Shown here piece after piece: positions 11,400-24,901 of a stretch of DNA of 64,000 bases (positions are counted from its first letter, which is position 1; the number at the start of each line of letters is the position of its first letter). The stretch is from Octopus sinensis (Eukaryota), in contig NC_043004.1 in assembly GCF_006345805.1 (NCBI RefSeq), forward strand, positions 95,976,001 to 96,040,000, written 5' to 3'. The notes below the pieces were generated by a model. That model searched no databases, was not told where the DNA came from, and was given only the letters and a program-made list of their open reading frames with translations. The position numbers were made by a program, and so were the translations under genes.

Positions 11400-11609
11400 A
11401 TCTACTACTAATAATTATTTCAAGTTTATTGTTTGTTTAGCCTCAAATTTTTCCGAACCAGGTTTGCAACTAGCGAATTTTCAGTTTCTGGTAAATTATA
11501 TCACTCGATTTTTGGTATTGAGTTCTTTCTCTTTGCTCTCTGGCTTAGATTTACCTAAACCTATATGTGTTTACATTATTATTCAAACTTGTACAATACA
11601 TACATACAT

Positions 11610-11800
11610 AGTTAATCCAAACATGAAAACAACAACGCGAGGACGTAGAACAAATATAGTATTACTGGACGCTCAGGAAAGAAGGAAAGAAGGAGGGTTT
11701 AACGTTTCGAGTGGAGCTCTTCGTTGGAAACATAGGAGAAGGAAAGATCCAGAGAAGGGAAGACAGAGGAAAAAAAATCGCCAACGGTACACACGCAGTC
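11610..11800 (-). mobile_element. Penelope pLTR-like repeat with an HHR motif at 11697-11731
   Basis: Minus strand GTTT-CCAACGA-AGAG CTCCA CTC-GAAAC-GTT-AAAC; shares ga(c/t)gctcaggaaag with the 9345-9545 element. Confidence 0.6.
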
Positions 11801-11828
11801 ACATTTCATACATACATACATACATATA

Positions 11829-12131
11829 TTGTTTGTTCCTTCTCAAGCCATGTCTGGCTCATAGGGCCGGTTTCCCGGTTTCCTTGGTGTATAGGTTCCC
11901 CACCTGGATGGGATGCCGGTCCGTTGCAGGTGTGCTACAAGCTGCAGGAGGAAAGAGTAAGAGAAAGTTTTAGTGAAAGTGTCAGCAGAAGTTCGCCATT
12001 ACCTTCTGCTGGAACCACGTGGAGCTTAGGTGTTTCGCTCATAAACACACACATCGCCCGGTCTGAGATTCGAACCTGCGATCCCTCGACCGCGAGTCCG
12101 CTGCTCTAACCACTAGGCCATGTGCCTCCAC
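11829..12131 (-). mobile_element. SINE group D: head H plus core X plus tail T2, inserted in (CATA)n
   Basis: Minus strand ggaggcacatggcctagtggttagagc (A box)...ggttcgaatctc (B box); CATA repeats on both sides. Confidence 0.9.
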
Positions 12132-12249
12132 ACATACATACATACATACATACACACATAATTATCTGTATACATACAGCTATCTTTTTGTCTCCAATGA
12201 AATCAATCTCTTTTAACTAAATGCTCACTTTATACATCCTTCTCCTTTC

Positions 12250-12706
12250 CTATTAAATTCCTATATATTCTACATCTCTCACTCTTTCCTCTTTTTCTTT
12301 GTTCCCCATTCTTTCTCCCTCCCCCCTCTCGCTCACTCTGTATCACTCTCTGGCTCTTTCCCCAGTCCATCATACTCTCCTCTTGTCTTTCTCTCTCTCC
12401 AGTACATTAGTTAAATATGTGACAACTAAATATTGTCTCACTAACCACCTTTTACTCTCATTCATACTCTCTTTCTTTCTTTCTTTCCTTCCTTCTTTCT
12501 TTCTTTCTTTCTTTCTCTCTTTCTTTCTCTCTTTCTTTCTACCCTCTTCCCCTTTCTTACGCTCTTTCTTCTCTCTCTTCTTCTCTTCATACATTTGGTC
12601 CTTATACCATGCTTTCTCTCTCTCTCTTTCTCTCCCCCTCTTTCTCTTTCTCTCCCTCTCTTTCTCTGTCTCTTTCTCTCTATTTCTTTCTCTCTTTCTC
12701 TCTCTT

Positions 12707-12738
<32 letters not shown>

Positions 12739-12855
12739 TTTCTCTCTCTCTTCTCTTCTCTCTCTCTCTCTCTCTCTCTCTTTCTGTATCCTTTTTTCCA
12801 TGCCTCTTCTTAGGTTTTCCTGTTCTATCTTCTCTTACACGGATTGTGCCATTTC

Positions 12856-12894
<39 letters not shown>

Positions 12895-13330
12895 CCATAC
12901 ATTTTTTTTCATTATTTAATGCTTATTCCCTATCACTGTCCTCTTTCTCCTATAAACTTTCTCATTATTTCATCTTCACACTCTTTTTCTTTCTCTCTCC
13001 CTCACAAATTCTCAATCTTTTTCATGTTCCTCTCTCATTCTCTCTCTCTCTCTCTCTCTCTTTCTCTGCAATATTCCAGGACATTCTATACTCGTTTGCA
13101 CCTAATTATTAGTGTTACTGTCTGCCCCTCTCCTGCATTCTCCGTCTCTCTCTTACTTTCTCTGTATCTTTCAGTATTCTCCTTCTCTCACCCCTATGCT
13201 CTCCTTCTTTCTCTCCCTCCCAGTCCCTTAGTCTCTGCCACTACTATTCCAGTATATTCTACACAACTCAGTTCTCAACTAGCCATATGGACATTTTTTT
13301 TATTACTACACTAATCACTTTTCCCATTAA
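12250..13330. repeat. About 1-kb polypyrimidine (CT)n/(CTTT)n tract
   Basis: Seen directly. Confidence 0.9.
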
Positions 13331-13369
13331 TAATGCAATTGTGGCTGCTATGGAACAAAAAAAACCCAC

Positions 13370-13608
13370 TCACGCACACTCACGCACATACCACACATGC
13401 ATACGTTCACATATCTTGCTATAGACACACACTTACCTGCCACATACACGCATACTTACATATATCTCTTCATGCACACACAAACATCACACACACATAT
13501 AAGCATCACATGCACACAAACACTCACACACCACATACACACACATACACACACACAAATCCCACCATATGCATACATACAATATATATATATATATGTA
13601 TGTATATG

Positions 13609-13675
<67 letters not shown>

Positions 13676-14019
13676 GCATACATATACATACATACATATA
13701 TATATACACATACATATATATATATACATAGTCACACACACACACACATATATCCTACTACATACGTATACACACACATACATACACACGCAAATCCCAC
13801 CATATGCATGCATACAATATATATATACATATATATATTCATATATATATGCATACATATACATACATACATATACATACATACATATACATACATATAT
13901 ATATATATATATATACTCACACGCACACATTCACATCAGAGTTATCTTACTATACACACACAAGTACACATCCACCTTATTCAAATGTACATACATCTCA
14001 CCAAGCACTCATATTACAT

Positions 14020-14060
<41 letters not shown>

Positions 14061-14571
14061 CATATATATCTGCCCATACACATCTCACCATACAGGCCTA
14101 GACATAAGCACACACACACACGACAAACAATACACTATACATACACAACATATTCTGAACACATACAAACACATATATACATGTTCACATTATGTATATA
14201 TATATATATACAAACATATATATATACATGTTCACTTTACAGGCACATCATACTTTGTACACAAACATACACATATACAAAAACCACAGTTCATATACTC
14301 ATTCAACACCATATTCTCTCTCTCTCTCTTTTTCTCTTTCTCTTTTTCCCTATATCTTTCTTTCTTTCTTTCTTTATTTCTCTCACACACATGCACAAAG
14401 TACATACTGACAAACACACCAACACACCTCCAAAACATAACACACATGCACACACACACTTCTTTAACACACATACAAACAAAAGAAATTATAACACTTA
14501 AACAGAGAAATCAAGATATACACATATAATGTCATATAGATATATGTATATATATATATATGTATATATCA

Positions 14572-14615
<44 letters not shown>

Positions 14616-14661
14616 GGGTGTGTGTGTGTGTGTGTGGTGTATGTGTGTATGTATATGTATG

Positions 14662-14701
<40 letters not shown>

Positions 14702-15680
14702 GTATGTGTGTGTGTATATGTATATGTATGTATGTATGTATATATGCACACTCATATACGCTGAATTATACAAATTAGTGTTACTTGCTTCACACACTTC
14801 TTGTCTCATATACTGTAATACATACGTCCCGATACATTCACACACACACACTTACACTTACATACACACACACTCGCGCACAGGAACACATACACACATA
14901 CACCCTGCACATGCACACACAAAGTCACACATACACACGCACACACACACAAAGTCATGCACATACATACATACACACACACACATGTTCACTCCCCTCA
15001 CACACACACATACACACTCATTCCATCACACCTCAGATTAGCTTTACATGAAGCTTTAGCAGGTAACCGCACACATGGTCACACACACACATTGATATAA
15101 TCATTTAATAACGTGTGCTTGCAAATTGATGAATTGACATATATGCGAACACTTAAAAACAATTGCATGCACACATACTCACACACTGTTGCATACACAT
15201 AAGCTCTGATATGCCAACACATACATTCACACATACAAACACACACACATACGCATATGTATAGACACATACGCATAAAATGCCACAAACATAAAAGCGC
15301 ATAGTTGCAAATGCTTGCACATATTTACACAACTATACATCATTTTAAACATACATAAATGCACAAACATCCACATTATGTACAAACACTCTATTAGATA
15401 CATATAAATTCTCATACACACAGACACACATCTCATAGAATATGCACACATGCACAAACATGTACTGTAACATACTGATACACACACATGCACTTATCCT
15501 GTAACACACATACTCGCACCTACTGTCTGATACATACACATAAATTCGCCCACACACATGCACATATAAGCAAGCACGCACATAGACATACATACATACA
15601 TACATACACAAGCGTGGACACATACATAAAGACATACGGACACACATATACATGCATAGATTTTACAAAAGTGCAAAATA
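13370..15680. repeat. Long degenerate (CA)/(TA) microsatellite field
   Basis: Seen directly; explains the H/T/Y/I-rich ORFs. Confidence 0.9.
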
Positions 15681-16132
15681 ACACGAAATATTTTCATTAA
15701 AATATAATTTGTAAAAATGGTGTAACCGATCAAATTTGTTTCCAATTAATATTTTTGTTGGGGGTTAATGAGACAGAAAGCCAAAATAACTCATTAACAG
15801 CTAATGAAGCCAAGGAATCAGTCATGGTCAGCTATTGTCAGCTGTTGTCAGCAGCCGGTGAACAGACTATACTGGTGTTCATTTAATACTGGTGTGGCTG
15901 TGAGTCTCATGATGACTGTGGGTCACAGGGGGCAACATATGTCAGCATTATATCTAAAGCAAATAGGCTTGCTGGAGCCCACCTCTTAAACTAGTAAAAT
16001 ACTTCCATGATTATATTACACAACCAATTACTTCTAGAAAGTCTTCTTTGAAATTTGATTATAGAGCCCACTAGATATAGCAGTCAAATTTCTTTCGAAT
16101 AACACTATATTATTTTAAAATTGAATGATACA

Positions 16133-16510
16133 GGCGCAGAAGTGGCTGTGTGGTAAGTAGCTTGCTTACCAGCCACATGGTTCTGTGTTCAGTCCCACTG
16201 TGTGGCACCATGAGCAAGTGTCTTCTACTATAGCCTTGGGCTGACCAAAGCCTTGTAAGTGGATTTGGTAGACGGAAACTGAAAGAAGCCCATCGTATAT
16301 ATGTATATATATGTGTGTATATATGTGTTTGTTCCCCCCAACATCACTTGACAACCAATGCTGGTGTGTTTACATCCCCGTAACTTAGTGGCCCAGCAAA
16401 AGAGACCGATATAATAAGTACTAGAGTTGATTTGCTCGACTACAGGCAGTGCTCCAGCATGGCCGCAGTCAAATGACTGAAACAAGTAAAAGAGTTAAAG
16501 AGAAAGAGAG
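16133..16510 (+). mobile_element. SINE family A, full length
   Basis: ggcgcagaagtggctgtgtggtaag...gttcagtcccactg...aaacaagtaaaagag. Confidence 0.9.
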
Positions 16511-16530
16511 AGTAAAGAGATACTTTAGAT

Positions 16531-16858
16531 CAGGGGTTCTCAAACATTTCTTATCTATGGTCCCCTGTGACAACTATTTTATTCTGGTGGACCCCCCCCC
16601 CAGCCATTCAACGTTTAAAAACTAGTTTTATAGAAACTTCTTTCAAATTTCCAATTTTGTTATTCACACACTAACCTGTGTAGGTTGAACTATATAAAAT
16701 GTTTATAGAAAGAAACCTACTTGTTTCTTGCAATACATACATCTAAAGGAAAACTTCTTCAGGGGCACTTAAAATATTCTTATGGATGCCCAGTTTACTA
16801 TTTTGTTGCGTGGAACCCCCACCTCAAATCTTATATGAACCCCATTTGAGAACCACTG
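16531..16858. mobile_element. hAT-like MITE
   Basis: TIRs CAGGGGTTCTCAA / TTGAGAACCACTG (12 of 13 match), Charlie-type termini; 8-bp TSD not recoverable. Confidence 0.7.
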
Positions 16859-17171
16859 ATAATGTCTGTCTCAAAGCTAAAAGCCCATGAGACTGGAATC
16901 TTATCAGAATTGTCAAAGCTGAAAGTACAGAAGTTACCCCTTAATGAGATGCCAGACCATTGCAGGGTTAATCACAGTACTACTAATACTTGTTTTTCGT
17001 TAAATGTTCTAGAGTAACATGAAATGAAGTGCCTTGCTGAAGGACATAGCATGATACTCTGTTCAACATTTGATGTGATGATTAGGAGCTCAATATCTTA
17101 ATCACCAATCTCCATACCTTATCTAAAGTAATACGATCCTGACATCCTCCTCCTCCTCCTCCTCCTCCTCC

Positions 17172-17184
<13 letters not shown>

Positions 17185-17206
<22 letters not shown>

Positions 17207-17990
17207 TTTTAATGTCTGCTTTACATGCTGGCATGGGTTGGATGGTTTGATTAGAGATGGTAAGGCCAGAGGCTGCACCAGCCCCCGTTGTCTGTTCTGG
17301 TATGGTTTCTATGGCTGGATGCCCTTCCTAACACCAACTTCACCACAGAGTTTACTGGGTGCTTTTTATGACACCTTCACCAGTGCTTTTTATGTGGTAC
17401 CAGCACTAGTCTCAATTCTGCCGTGTCAGACAGATCTTCTTGCATACAGCAATGCACCAGATATCTCGGTCTCTTAGTCACCTCCTTTGTAAGGCTTGTT
17501 GTCTTGAGATTAACCTTCAGTACTTCATCCTACATGGAGGCGCAATGGCCCAGTGGTTAGGGCAGCGGACTCGCAGTCATAGGATCGCAGTTTTGATTCC
17601 CAGACCGGGCGTTGTGAGTGTTTATTGAGTGAAAACACCTGAAGCTCTACGAGGCTCCGGCAGGGGATGGTGGTGATCCCTGCTGTACTCTTTCACCACA
17701 ACTTTCTCTCACTCTTACTTCCTGTTTCTGTTGTACCTGTATTTCAAAGGGCCGGCCTTGTCACTCTCTGTGTCACGCTGAATATCCCCGAGAACTACGT
17801 TAAGGGTACACGTGTCTGTGGAGTGCTCAGCCACTTACACGTTAATTTCACGAGCAGGCTGTTCCGTTGATTCGGATCAACTGGAACCCTCATCGTCATA
17901 ACCAACGGAGTGCTTCCATCCACTTCATCCTATGTCTTCCTGGGTCTCCCTCTTCCACAAGTTCCATCCACTTCAAGTGATAGACCTGCA
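17185..17990 (-). mobile_element. RTE LINE 3' end (ORF C-terminus plus family C UTR) split by a SINE
   Basis: EVDGTCGRGRPRKT*DEV | LKVNLKTTSLTKEV...; UTR ends in (GAT)n. Confidence 0.8.
17536..17921 (+). mobile_element. SINE group D: head H plus core X plus tail T1
   Basis: tRNA-like head ggaggcgcaatggcccagtggttaggg; 11-bp TSD acttcatccta at 17522-17532 and 17922-17932. Confidence 0.92.
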
Positions 17991-18809
17991 AGCATGGTGT
18001 CAGAGAAAAAAAATGAGATAGCTGTAATTGTATGGTTTTAATTATAGGTATGCTTGAAGGAGGACCTATTTGGAGTTAAGCAACAGCAACAGACAGGACT
18101 CTATCAGTTTTGTACAGAGGTCAACTATATCAAAACTTATGTGGGGATAAAAAACAACAACCCATTTGCTACCAGGCGAGCTGGTCTGTTGAGAATTCTC
18201 TGGGTTATGGATCCAGTATAATACCAGTTATAAGTATTGAACTATCGACGCTCTGTAAAGCTACTTGATATTTATAGGAATCACTGGGAGAAAGTACGGT
18301 GGGGAACCTTTAGTCAGTGGTAATATATATGATGTAGTGAACGTAAGATGTTCAATAAATTAAAATTGCATCAATGCAAAAATTAAAAAAATACACAATA
18401 TTTTAATGATTAATTCAGGTCAAGAATATAGGGGAGACATCTCTAAAATTTAGATTATTTCAAATTGATTACAATTTATTTAAAGTCGAATTTTAATTTT
18501 AATTTTGGTGGCTGGAGGAAGGGGTGGTAATTATAAGCTTTTGTGCTTTCTCCAAGGCTGATGAAACTAATGTCATTAATATTCTGTTTAAATTGTTGCA
18601 AGTTAACCCCTGCAAGAATAGCAAGAGTAGGAGGGCGATTTTAGAGGCGCAAATGTTCTAGGGTCTGTTCTAAGTAAGGATCTTTGTGATTTTCATCACT
18701 ATTTCCAATTTTGTTCCACTTGCTTTCAAATCTGGTATATGGGTCAAGTTTTATATACAAATTATGAAAATGAAATTCATATTTCTTATAAGTCCATAAT
18801 TAAAATGTT

Positions 18810-18975
18810 GTAGGAGTGGCTGTGTGGTAAGTAGCTTGCTTACTTATGAACCACATGGTTCCAGGTTCAGTCCCACTGCATGGCACCTTGAGCAAGTGTC
18901 TTCTACTATAGCCTCGGGCTGACCAAAGCCTTGTGAGTGGATCTGATAGACGGAAACTGAAAGAAGCCCGTCGTA

Positions 18976-19044
<69 letters not shown>

Positions 19045-19045
19045 A
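18810..19045 (+). mobile_element. SINE family A, 5' half
   Basis: Head and core ending in the (TA)n spacer. Confidence 0.85.
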
Positions 19046-19047
19046 TA

Positions 19048-19258
19048 TGATGAAATTGCTAACAAGCTAGTGCTCTGGAAATCAACAGAAGAAAGAACCT
19101 GGAGAGGAAGGAGGAAGATGACCTATAACTCACTGGAGGATACTGCTATGGAAGGGCTACAGGAGTGGAGGACCCTTTTGCAAGATTGAGATGAATGGGG
19201 AAACATGTGGAAACAGTCTTGGGGTGTCCTGAGGAATGACCTAGATAGAGATAGATTT
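19048..19258 (+). mobile_element. RTE-clade LINE 3' fragment
   Basis: DEIANKLVLWKSTEERTWRGRRKMTY..LEDT..; (TAGA) tail. Confidence 0.65.
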
Positions 19259-19261
19259 ATG

Positions 19262-19473
19262 ATACTCTTTTACTCCTTTACTTGTTTCAGTCATTTGACT
19301 GTGGCCATGCTGGAGCACCACCTCTAGTCGAGCAAATCGACCCCAGGACTTATTCTTTGTAAGCTTAGTACTTATTCTATCGGTCTCTTTTGGCAAACTG
19401 CTAATTTACGGGGACGTAAACACACCACCATCGGTTGTCAAGCATTGTTGGGGGTACAAACACAGATGCACAA

Positions 19474-19515
<42 letters not shown>

Positions 19516-19630
19516 ACATATATATATATATAAACACATATGCGATGGGCTTCTTTCACTTTCTGTCTAGTAGCAACGAAAACCTCAAAGATCTGTGTGA
19601 TTAGGGAGCAAGCTTCTTACCACAGAGCCA
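19262..19630 (-). mobile_element. SINE family A (head partly deleted)
   Basis: Reverse complement of tail and body. Confidence 0.85.
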
Positions 19631-19665
19631 TTATATTTATATATATATATATATATATATATACA

Positions 19666-19848
19666 GACATGCTAGATAGAGCTATATGAAAAACTTGACA
19701 GAAACTTAAATCTGAAGATGAATTGTTTCAATTGTTGCATGAAAAGTGGGCAGAAATTCCACAAGAGACAATCACAAAGCCCATCAGTTCAAAGCCAAAA
19801 AGAGTTTCTGAATTAAAAACTGCAAAGAGAATGTCAACAAAATACTAA
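19666..19848 (+). mobile_element. Tc1-family transposase C-terminal relic
   Basis: DMLDRAI*KT*QKLKSEDELFQLLHEKWAEIPQETITKPISSKPKRVSELKTAKRMSTKY*, matching the Tc1 C-terminal pattern W..IP...I..LI.SMP.R.......G..TKY. Confidence 0.8.
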
Positions 19849-20104
19849 AGTATGTAGTCCTACCTATCGATTACATTTCAATTGTTCACTTTGTGTATTA
19901 AGAAAAAGATACTGAAAATTAAATGTGTCTAGTTACTTCCTGCATGTCTCTGTGTATATATCATTCAAATCAGTTTGAGATGGATTCTATGCTACTTCAA
20001 GTTTTGCAAACCTCAGGCTCATGGGATATCTGAATGAACTGAGAGATACAGAAAGTCCAAGATGGCTACCAGTAGCTGGGTTGCAATTGGTCAAGGAAGG
20101 TCAT

Positions 20105-20345
20105 CCTAGTGTGTGTGTGTGTATGCCTTTGTTTGTATTTGTGTTTGTTCCCCACCTACACAACTTGACAACCAGTGTTGGTTTGTTTATGTCCCCATAA
20201 CTCAGGGGCTTAGCAAAACAGTTCAATAGAATAACAACCAGACCAGTCCAAAATATGAACTGGGGATCAATTTGATCAACTAAACGCTTCAAGGTGGTGC
20301 TCCAGCATGGCCACAGTCCAATAACTGAAGCAAGTGAGAGAGAAA
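20105..20345 (+). mobile_element. SINE family A, 3' half
   Basis: Body and tail motifs. Confidence 0.75.
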
Positions 20346-20579
20346 GAAAAAAAAAAATCTTCCATGATATATTGCAGAACAATAAAACAATAGTATTTGT
20401 CTGTATATGTTCATTTATTTGCTTATTTTGTTTTCTATGAGGTTATATTAATTGATGTTTAATTGCATTTGTTCTGTTTAATTTCATTTATTTTCTACTT
20501 AAGTGGTTCCTAAAAATATTCATTGCATCAAAGTGGTCAACAGGAAAAAAAAACAAAAAGAAAAAAAAGACAGTTATAT

Positions 20580-20992
20580 AGGCGTAGGAGTGGCTGTGTG
20601 GTAAGTAGCTTGCTAACCAACCACATGGTTCCGGGTTCAGTCCCACTGCGTGGCATCTTTGGCAAGTGTCTTCTGCTATAGCCTCGGGCCGACCAAAGCC
20701 TTGTGAGTGGATTTGGTAGATGGAAACTGAAAGAAGCCCGTCGTATATATGTATATATATATGTGTGTGTCTGTGTGTTTGTGTGTCTGTGTTTGTCCCC
20801 ATAGCATTGCTTGACAACCGATGCTGGTGTGATTACGTCCCCGTCACTTAGCGGTTTGGCAAAAGAGACCGATAGAATAAGTACTGGGCTTACAAAAGAA
20901 TAAGTCCCGGGGTCGAATTGCTCGACTAAAAAAGGCGGTGCTCCAGCATGGCCGCAGTCAAATGACTGAAACAAGTAAAAGAGAGTAAAGAG
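20580..20992 (+). mobile_element. SINE family A, full length, young
   Basis: CpG-intact head, core, TA spacer and tail. Confidence 0.92.
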
Positions 20993-21649
20993 TTGTAAAT
21001 CCCTGACTTACAGTAATAGCCTGAAATATTTCTCTCTTGTACTCTAGACCAGCTGTCTTCAGTATCTGTGATAGGTTTTTCTGCTTGTTACAACAATCAG
21101 GTGTTTGATGTTATCCACTGAAAAACCTCTGGCAATGAAATAAACTGAAAACATACATAACTGAAGCATATAACATAACAAAACAAGTGTGAGTGAATTG
21201 ATTGTTTGCATTAAGACAAAATATTATTTGAGGAAGATATGACTGCTATTTCTTGTAGTTTCAGTGACCATATAGAGCTTCCCTCAGTATTACATTAACT
21301 GTAGTCATCCACCTAGGCAATGACACTCACAAATTCAAGCAAATGTATTTGTCACATACTTACTTTTTCTTCTCTTCTCTTGGCACTTCTATCTTTCCCT
21401 TTTCCTGTTTGTCGGCCTGTGTCTTTCTCTGTTTCTCTTTATCCATCCATCCATCCGTCATCCGTCCGTCCGTCCGTCCGTCCATCCGTCCATCCATCTA
21501 TCTATCTACCTATCTGTTTATCTATCTATCTATCCTACCATATCAGTCACAGAAGTTTGGTGCAGACTTCTACCTGGCTGGCTCCTATAAACTGTCCCAT
21601 CCATGCCAGCATGGAAGGCAGACATTAAATGATGATAATGAAGATGATG

Positions 21650-21679
21650 ATGGTATGTGTGTGTAAATATATATGAATA

Positions 21680-21723
<44 letters not shown>

Positions 21724-21773
21724 TCGTTATATATATAAATATATATATATAAAGTCTACTTGCATGTATGTAC

Positions 21774-21805
<32 letters not shown>

Positions 21806-22305
21806 GTATGTATGTATATATACATACATATATATATATTATATGTATGCATATGTATATACATATATATAGATGGACACACAGAGACATATACACACAT
21901 ACACATACACACAAAAATAAGCAGTATTACTCATGTACCACCCCACATACAAAGTCATGTAATTCCAAAATATTTCAATTCAGTGGATTTTTTCAATATA
22001 TACATATATATATATATTATACTTTTTAGAATTTTTCTTTTACCTCCTCTTTTTTTCTCATTGTTTTGAATTTGATTTTTTGGTGCGTTTGTTTATGTAT
22101 TCCATTTATTTCACCCTGTTTTTTTTCTTTTTCTTTTATATGTTCTGTGTTTTTTTTTCACTATTTCTCTAATGGTACGTGATACAAAACATGTTAGAAC
22201 TTTCTCGGCAATAAAAGCATGACTGACATATATTTATGCTTTCATATATGTTTATATCCATATTTCTGTATATCTATATATATATATATCTATTAATGTA
22301 TATTA

Positions 22306-22362
<57 letters not shown>

Positions 22363-22373
22363 TGTATATATAT

Positions 22374-22415
<42 letters not shown>

Positions 22416-22759
22416 GTATATATGTATACTGTATGTATATCTGTGTGTATATATATATACATACACACACACACACACATATATATTATATATATATATA
22501 TGAATATATCTATACTACATATAAATGTATAAATTCATAGACATATAGATGTGTGTGTTTGTATATGAATATATATGTATGTATATATATATGTATATAT
22601 ATATATATATATACATATATATACATACATATACATATAATATATATATATATATGAACACATATATTCATTTATATATACACATACACACATATATATA
22701 TTTGTCCAACCCATGCGAGCATGAATGGACAAAAGTTGATGATGGTGATGATATTACAG

Positions 22760-22791
<32 letters not shown>

Positions 22792-22846
22792 TAATATATA
22801 TATATATTATATATATATATATACATATATATACATATATATATAC

Positions 22847-22915
<69 letters not shown>

Positions 22916-23200
22916 CTGTGTATATAATATATATATATATATACACACACACATGTATATGTTATATGTACAGATACATGTACATGAACACATAGCTGTG
23001 TATATATGTGTGTGTGTAACTACATATACATATATATGCATATGCATACATATATGTGTGAATGTTCATGCATGTGTGTGTGTTCATATATCTACATATA
23101 CATCTATGTATATACTGTGTATAATTATTCGCACACACACACACGCATGTAGAAAGAAGCTCACATACATACATACATACATCATCACCAAGATAATATT
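21650..23200. repeat. (TA)n/(TG)n microsatellite field
   Basis: Seen directly. Confidence 0.9.
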
Positions 23201-24039
23201 TTTTCAACTAACAAAAGCCCTCACAATAAATATATAAATCAGAAACAAACTACAATACAGTATTTGAGAACATCGTTGAAAGGCTATGTGTGATCTTAGT
23301 AGAATTCTAACAGACTGCAAGTTTTTTTTTCATTCCTTTTACCACCATTGTAGATTTTTTTTTTTTGCATTGGAGGACATGATTGAATAGGGGTGGGGGT
23401 CGGAATATGTTATCACAGTTCAAGAGATGTTATAGATTTGTGAAATATGTAAATGATAAAAGCTGAAGAAAGATGTTGACTTTTATTCTAACAAGGTTTG
23501 ACAATTTGTAAGATCCACAGAAAGAATATGTACAAATTGGCTGTGAATTCTAAAGAAACCATACGTGCATGCGTATACATGTGTGTGTGTGCATGCATGT
23601 GTCTGCATATTAGAGTAAGGTAGTATGTTTGTGTGTACCTTTGTATGTATTTGTGTGTCTGTTTTTTTTTTTTTTCTTGTGTATATGTGTGTGTTTTGTG
23701 TTCCTCTGTTTTGAAAACATGAAAAAATTTGTTTCAGAAAACAGTGTGAAAATCTTATTATTCTCATTGATTATAATATATGACATACAAGTGTGTGTGT
23801 GTATACAAATACATATAAATAAATACATATATATATATGCACATACACACATACACATGCATACATAGAAATATATACACAATAAATATGACAAAATGGC
23901 TTGAGTATTTTCAGTGTCAAAATTTGCTGACCTGTTCCATCTTAAAATCTTTTTACTTTATATGAATACCAAATGAGTATCAACTACGTTATGATAATGA
24001 TGGTGATGGTGATAATGATGATGATGATGATGATAATAA

Positions 24040-24400
24040 TACTTTCTACAATAGGTATGATGCCTGAAATTTGGGTGAGGGTGTCAGTTGATCACATTAA
24101 CCCCAGTAATCAACCTTAGTACACAACTTATTTTATCGATCCCAGGAGGATGAAAAGTAAAGTCAATGGTGCAGAATTTGAACTTGGAACTCAAAGAGCC
24201 AAAAGAAAAGCTGCATAGCTTTTTGCCCAAAGTGCTAATGATTCTGTCATCTTCTCAGCTTCATATTGATAATAATAGTTTCAAATTTTGGCACAAGACC
24301 AGCAATTATAAGGGTGGCGGCAAGTCAATTATGTTGGTTCCATTGTTCCATTGGTACTCAATTTATTGATCTTAAAAGGATGAAAGGCAAGATAATGTTG
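24040..24400 (-). mobile_element. Two degraded SINE family B copies
   Basis: accccagt...ttttatcgatcccaggaggatgaaaagtaaagtc. Confidence 0.7.
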
Positions 24401-24442
24401 GTGGCGGTGATGATGAGGGTAGTGATGACAATAATGATGTTA

Positions 24443-24723
24443 TTGTTTGTTCCTTCTTGAGCCATACCTAGCTCATAAGGGCTGGTTACCTGGTTTCATT
24501 GGCATATAGGTACCCCACCTGGATGGGACACTGGTCCATCGCAGGTGAGCTGCTAAATGTAAGAGGAAACAGTGAGAGAAGGTTGTGGCAAAAGAAGTTC
24601 TCCATTACCGTCTGCCGGAGCCATGTGGAGCTTAGGTTTTTTTGCTCATAAATACACACATCACCCAGTCTGAGCTTTGAACCCGTGAGTCCGCTGCTCT
24701 AATCACTAGGCCATGTGCCTCCA
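24443..24723 (-). mobile_element. SINE group D: head H plus core X plus tail T2
   Basis: Collinear with 11829-12131. Confidence 0.85.
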
Positions 24724-24806
24724 TGATGTTGTTATGAAAGACAAATATAATTATGCATCAAATACAGCATAAGAAAACAACGTGTTTAGAATAATCTGGA
24801 TCATAC

Positions 24807-24901
24807 CTGACCAGGCTCAACAAGGAGATTAAGGTCAGTCTTGCAGATATTATCAAAGACAAAAATTTCTGTATTCTCAAAATACATCAAGCAGAAAAGA
24901 A
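24807..24901 (-). other. Candidate exon (unverified)
   Basis: tttcttcag|...VLFCLMYFENTEIFVFDNICKTDLNLLVEPGQ CAG|GTATGA. Confidence 0.2.

Noticed and set aside
12040-12131. tRNA gene-like segments (also 17536-17610, 25615-25700, 61038-61105)
   Set aside because: They have A and B boxes but continue into SINE bodies and lack a proper acceptor stem; they are SINE heads
15705-15995. About 97-codon + frame with one stop (..YWCGCESHDDCG..)
   Set aside because: No recognisable family and no convincing splice sites
21020-21120. Splice-like signals on both strands (ctctag|AC on +; ACT|gtaagt on -)
   Set aside because: Conflicting strands, stops in the best-acceptor frames, no homology
22165-22220. 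Possible decayed HHR (..aaaacatgttag..aataaaa)
   Set aside because: Only the palindromic ACATGT remains; CUGANGA and GAAA are not intact
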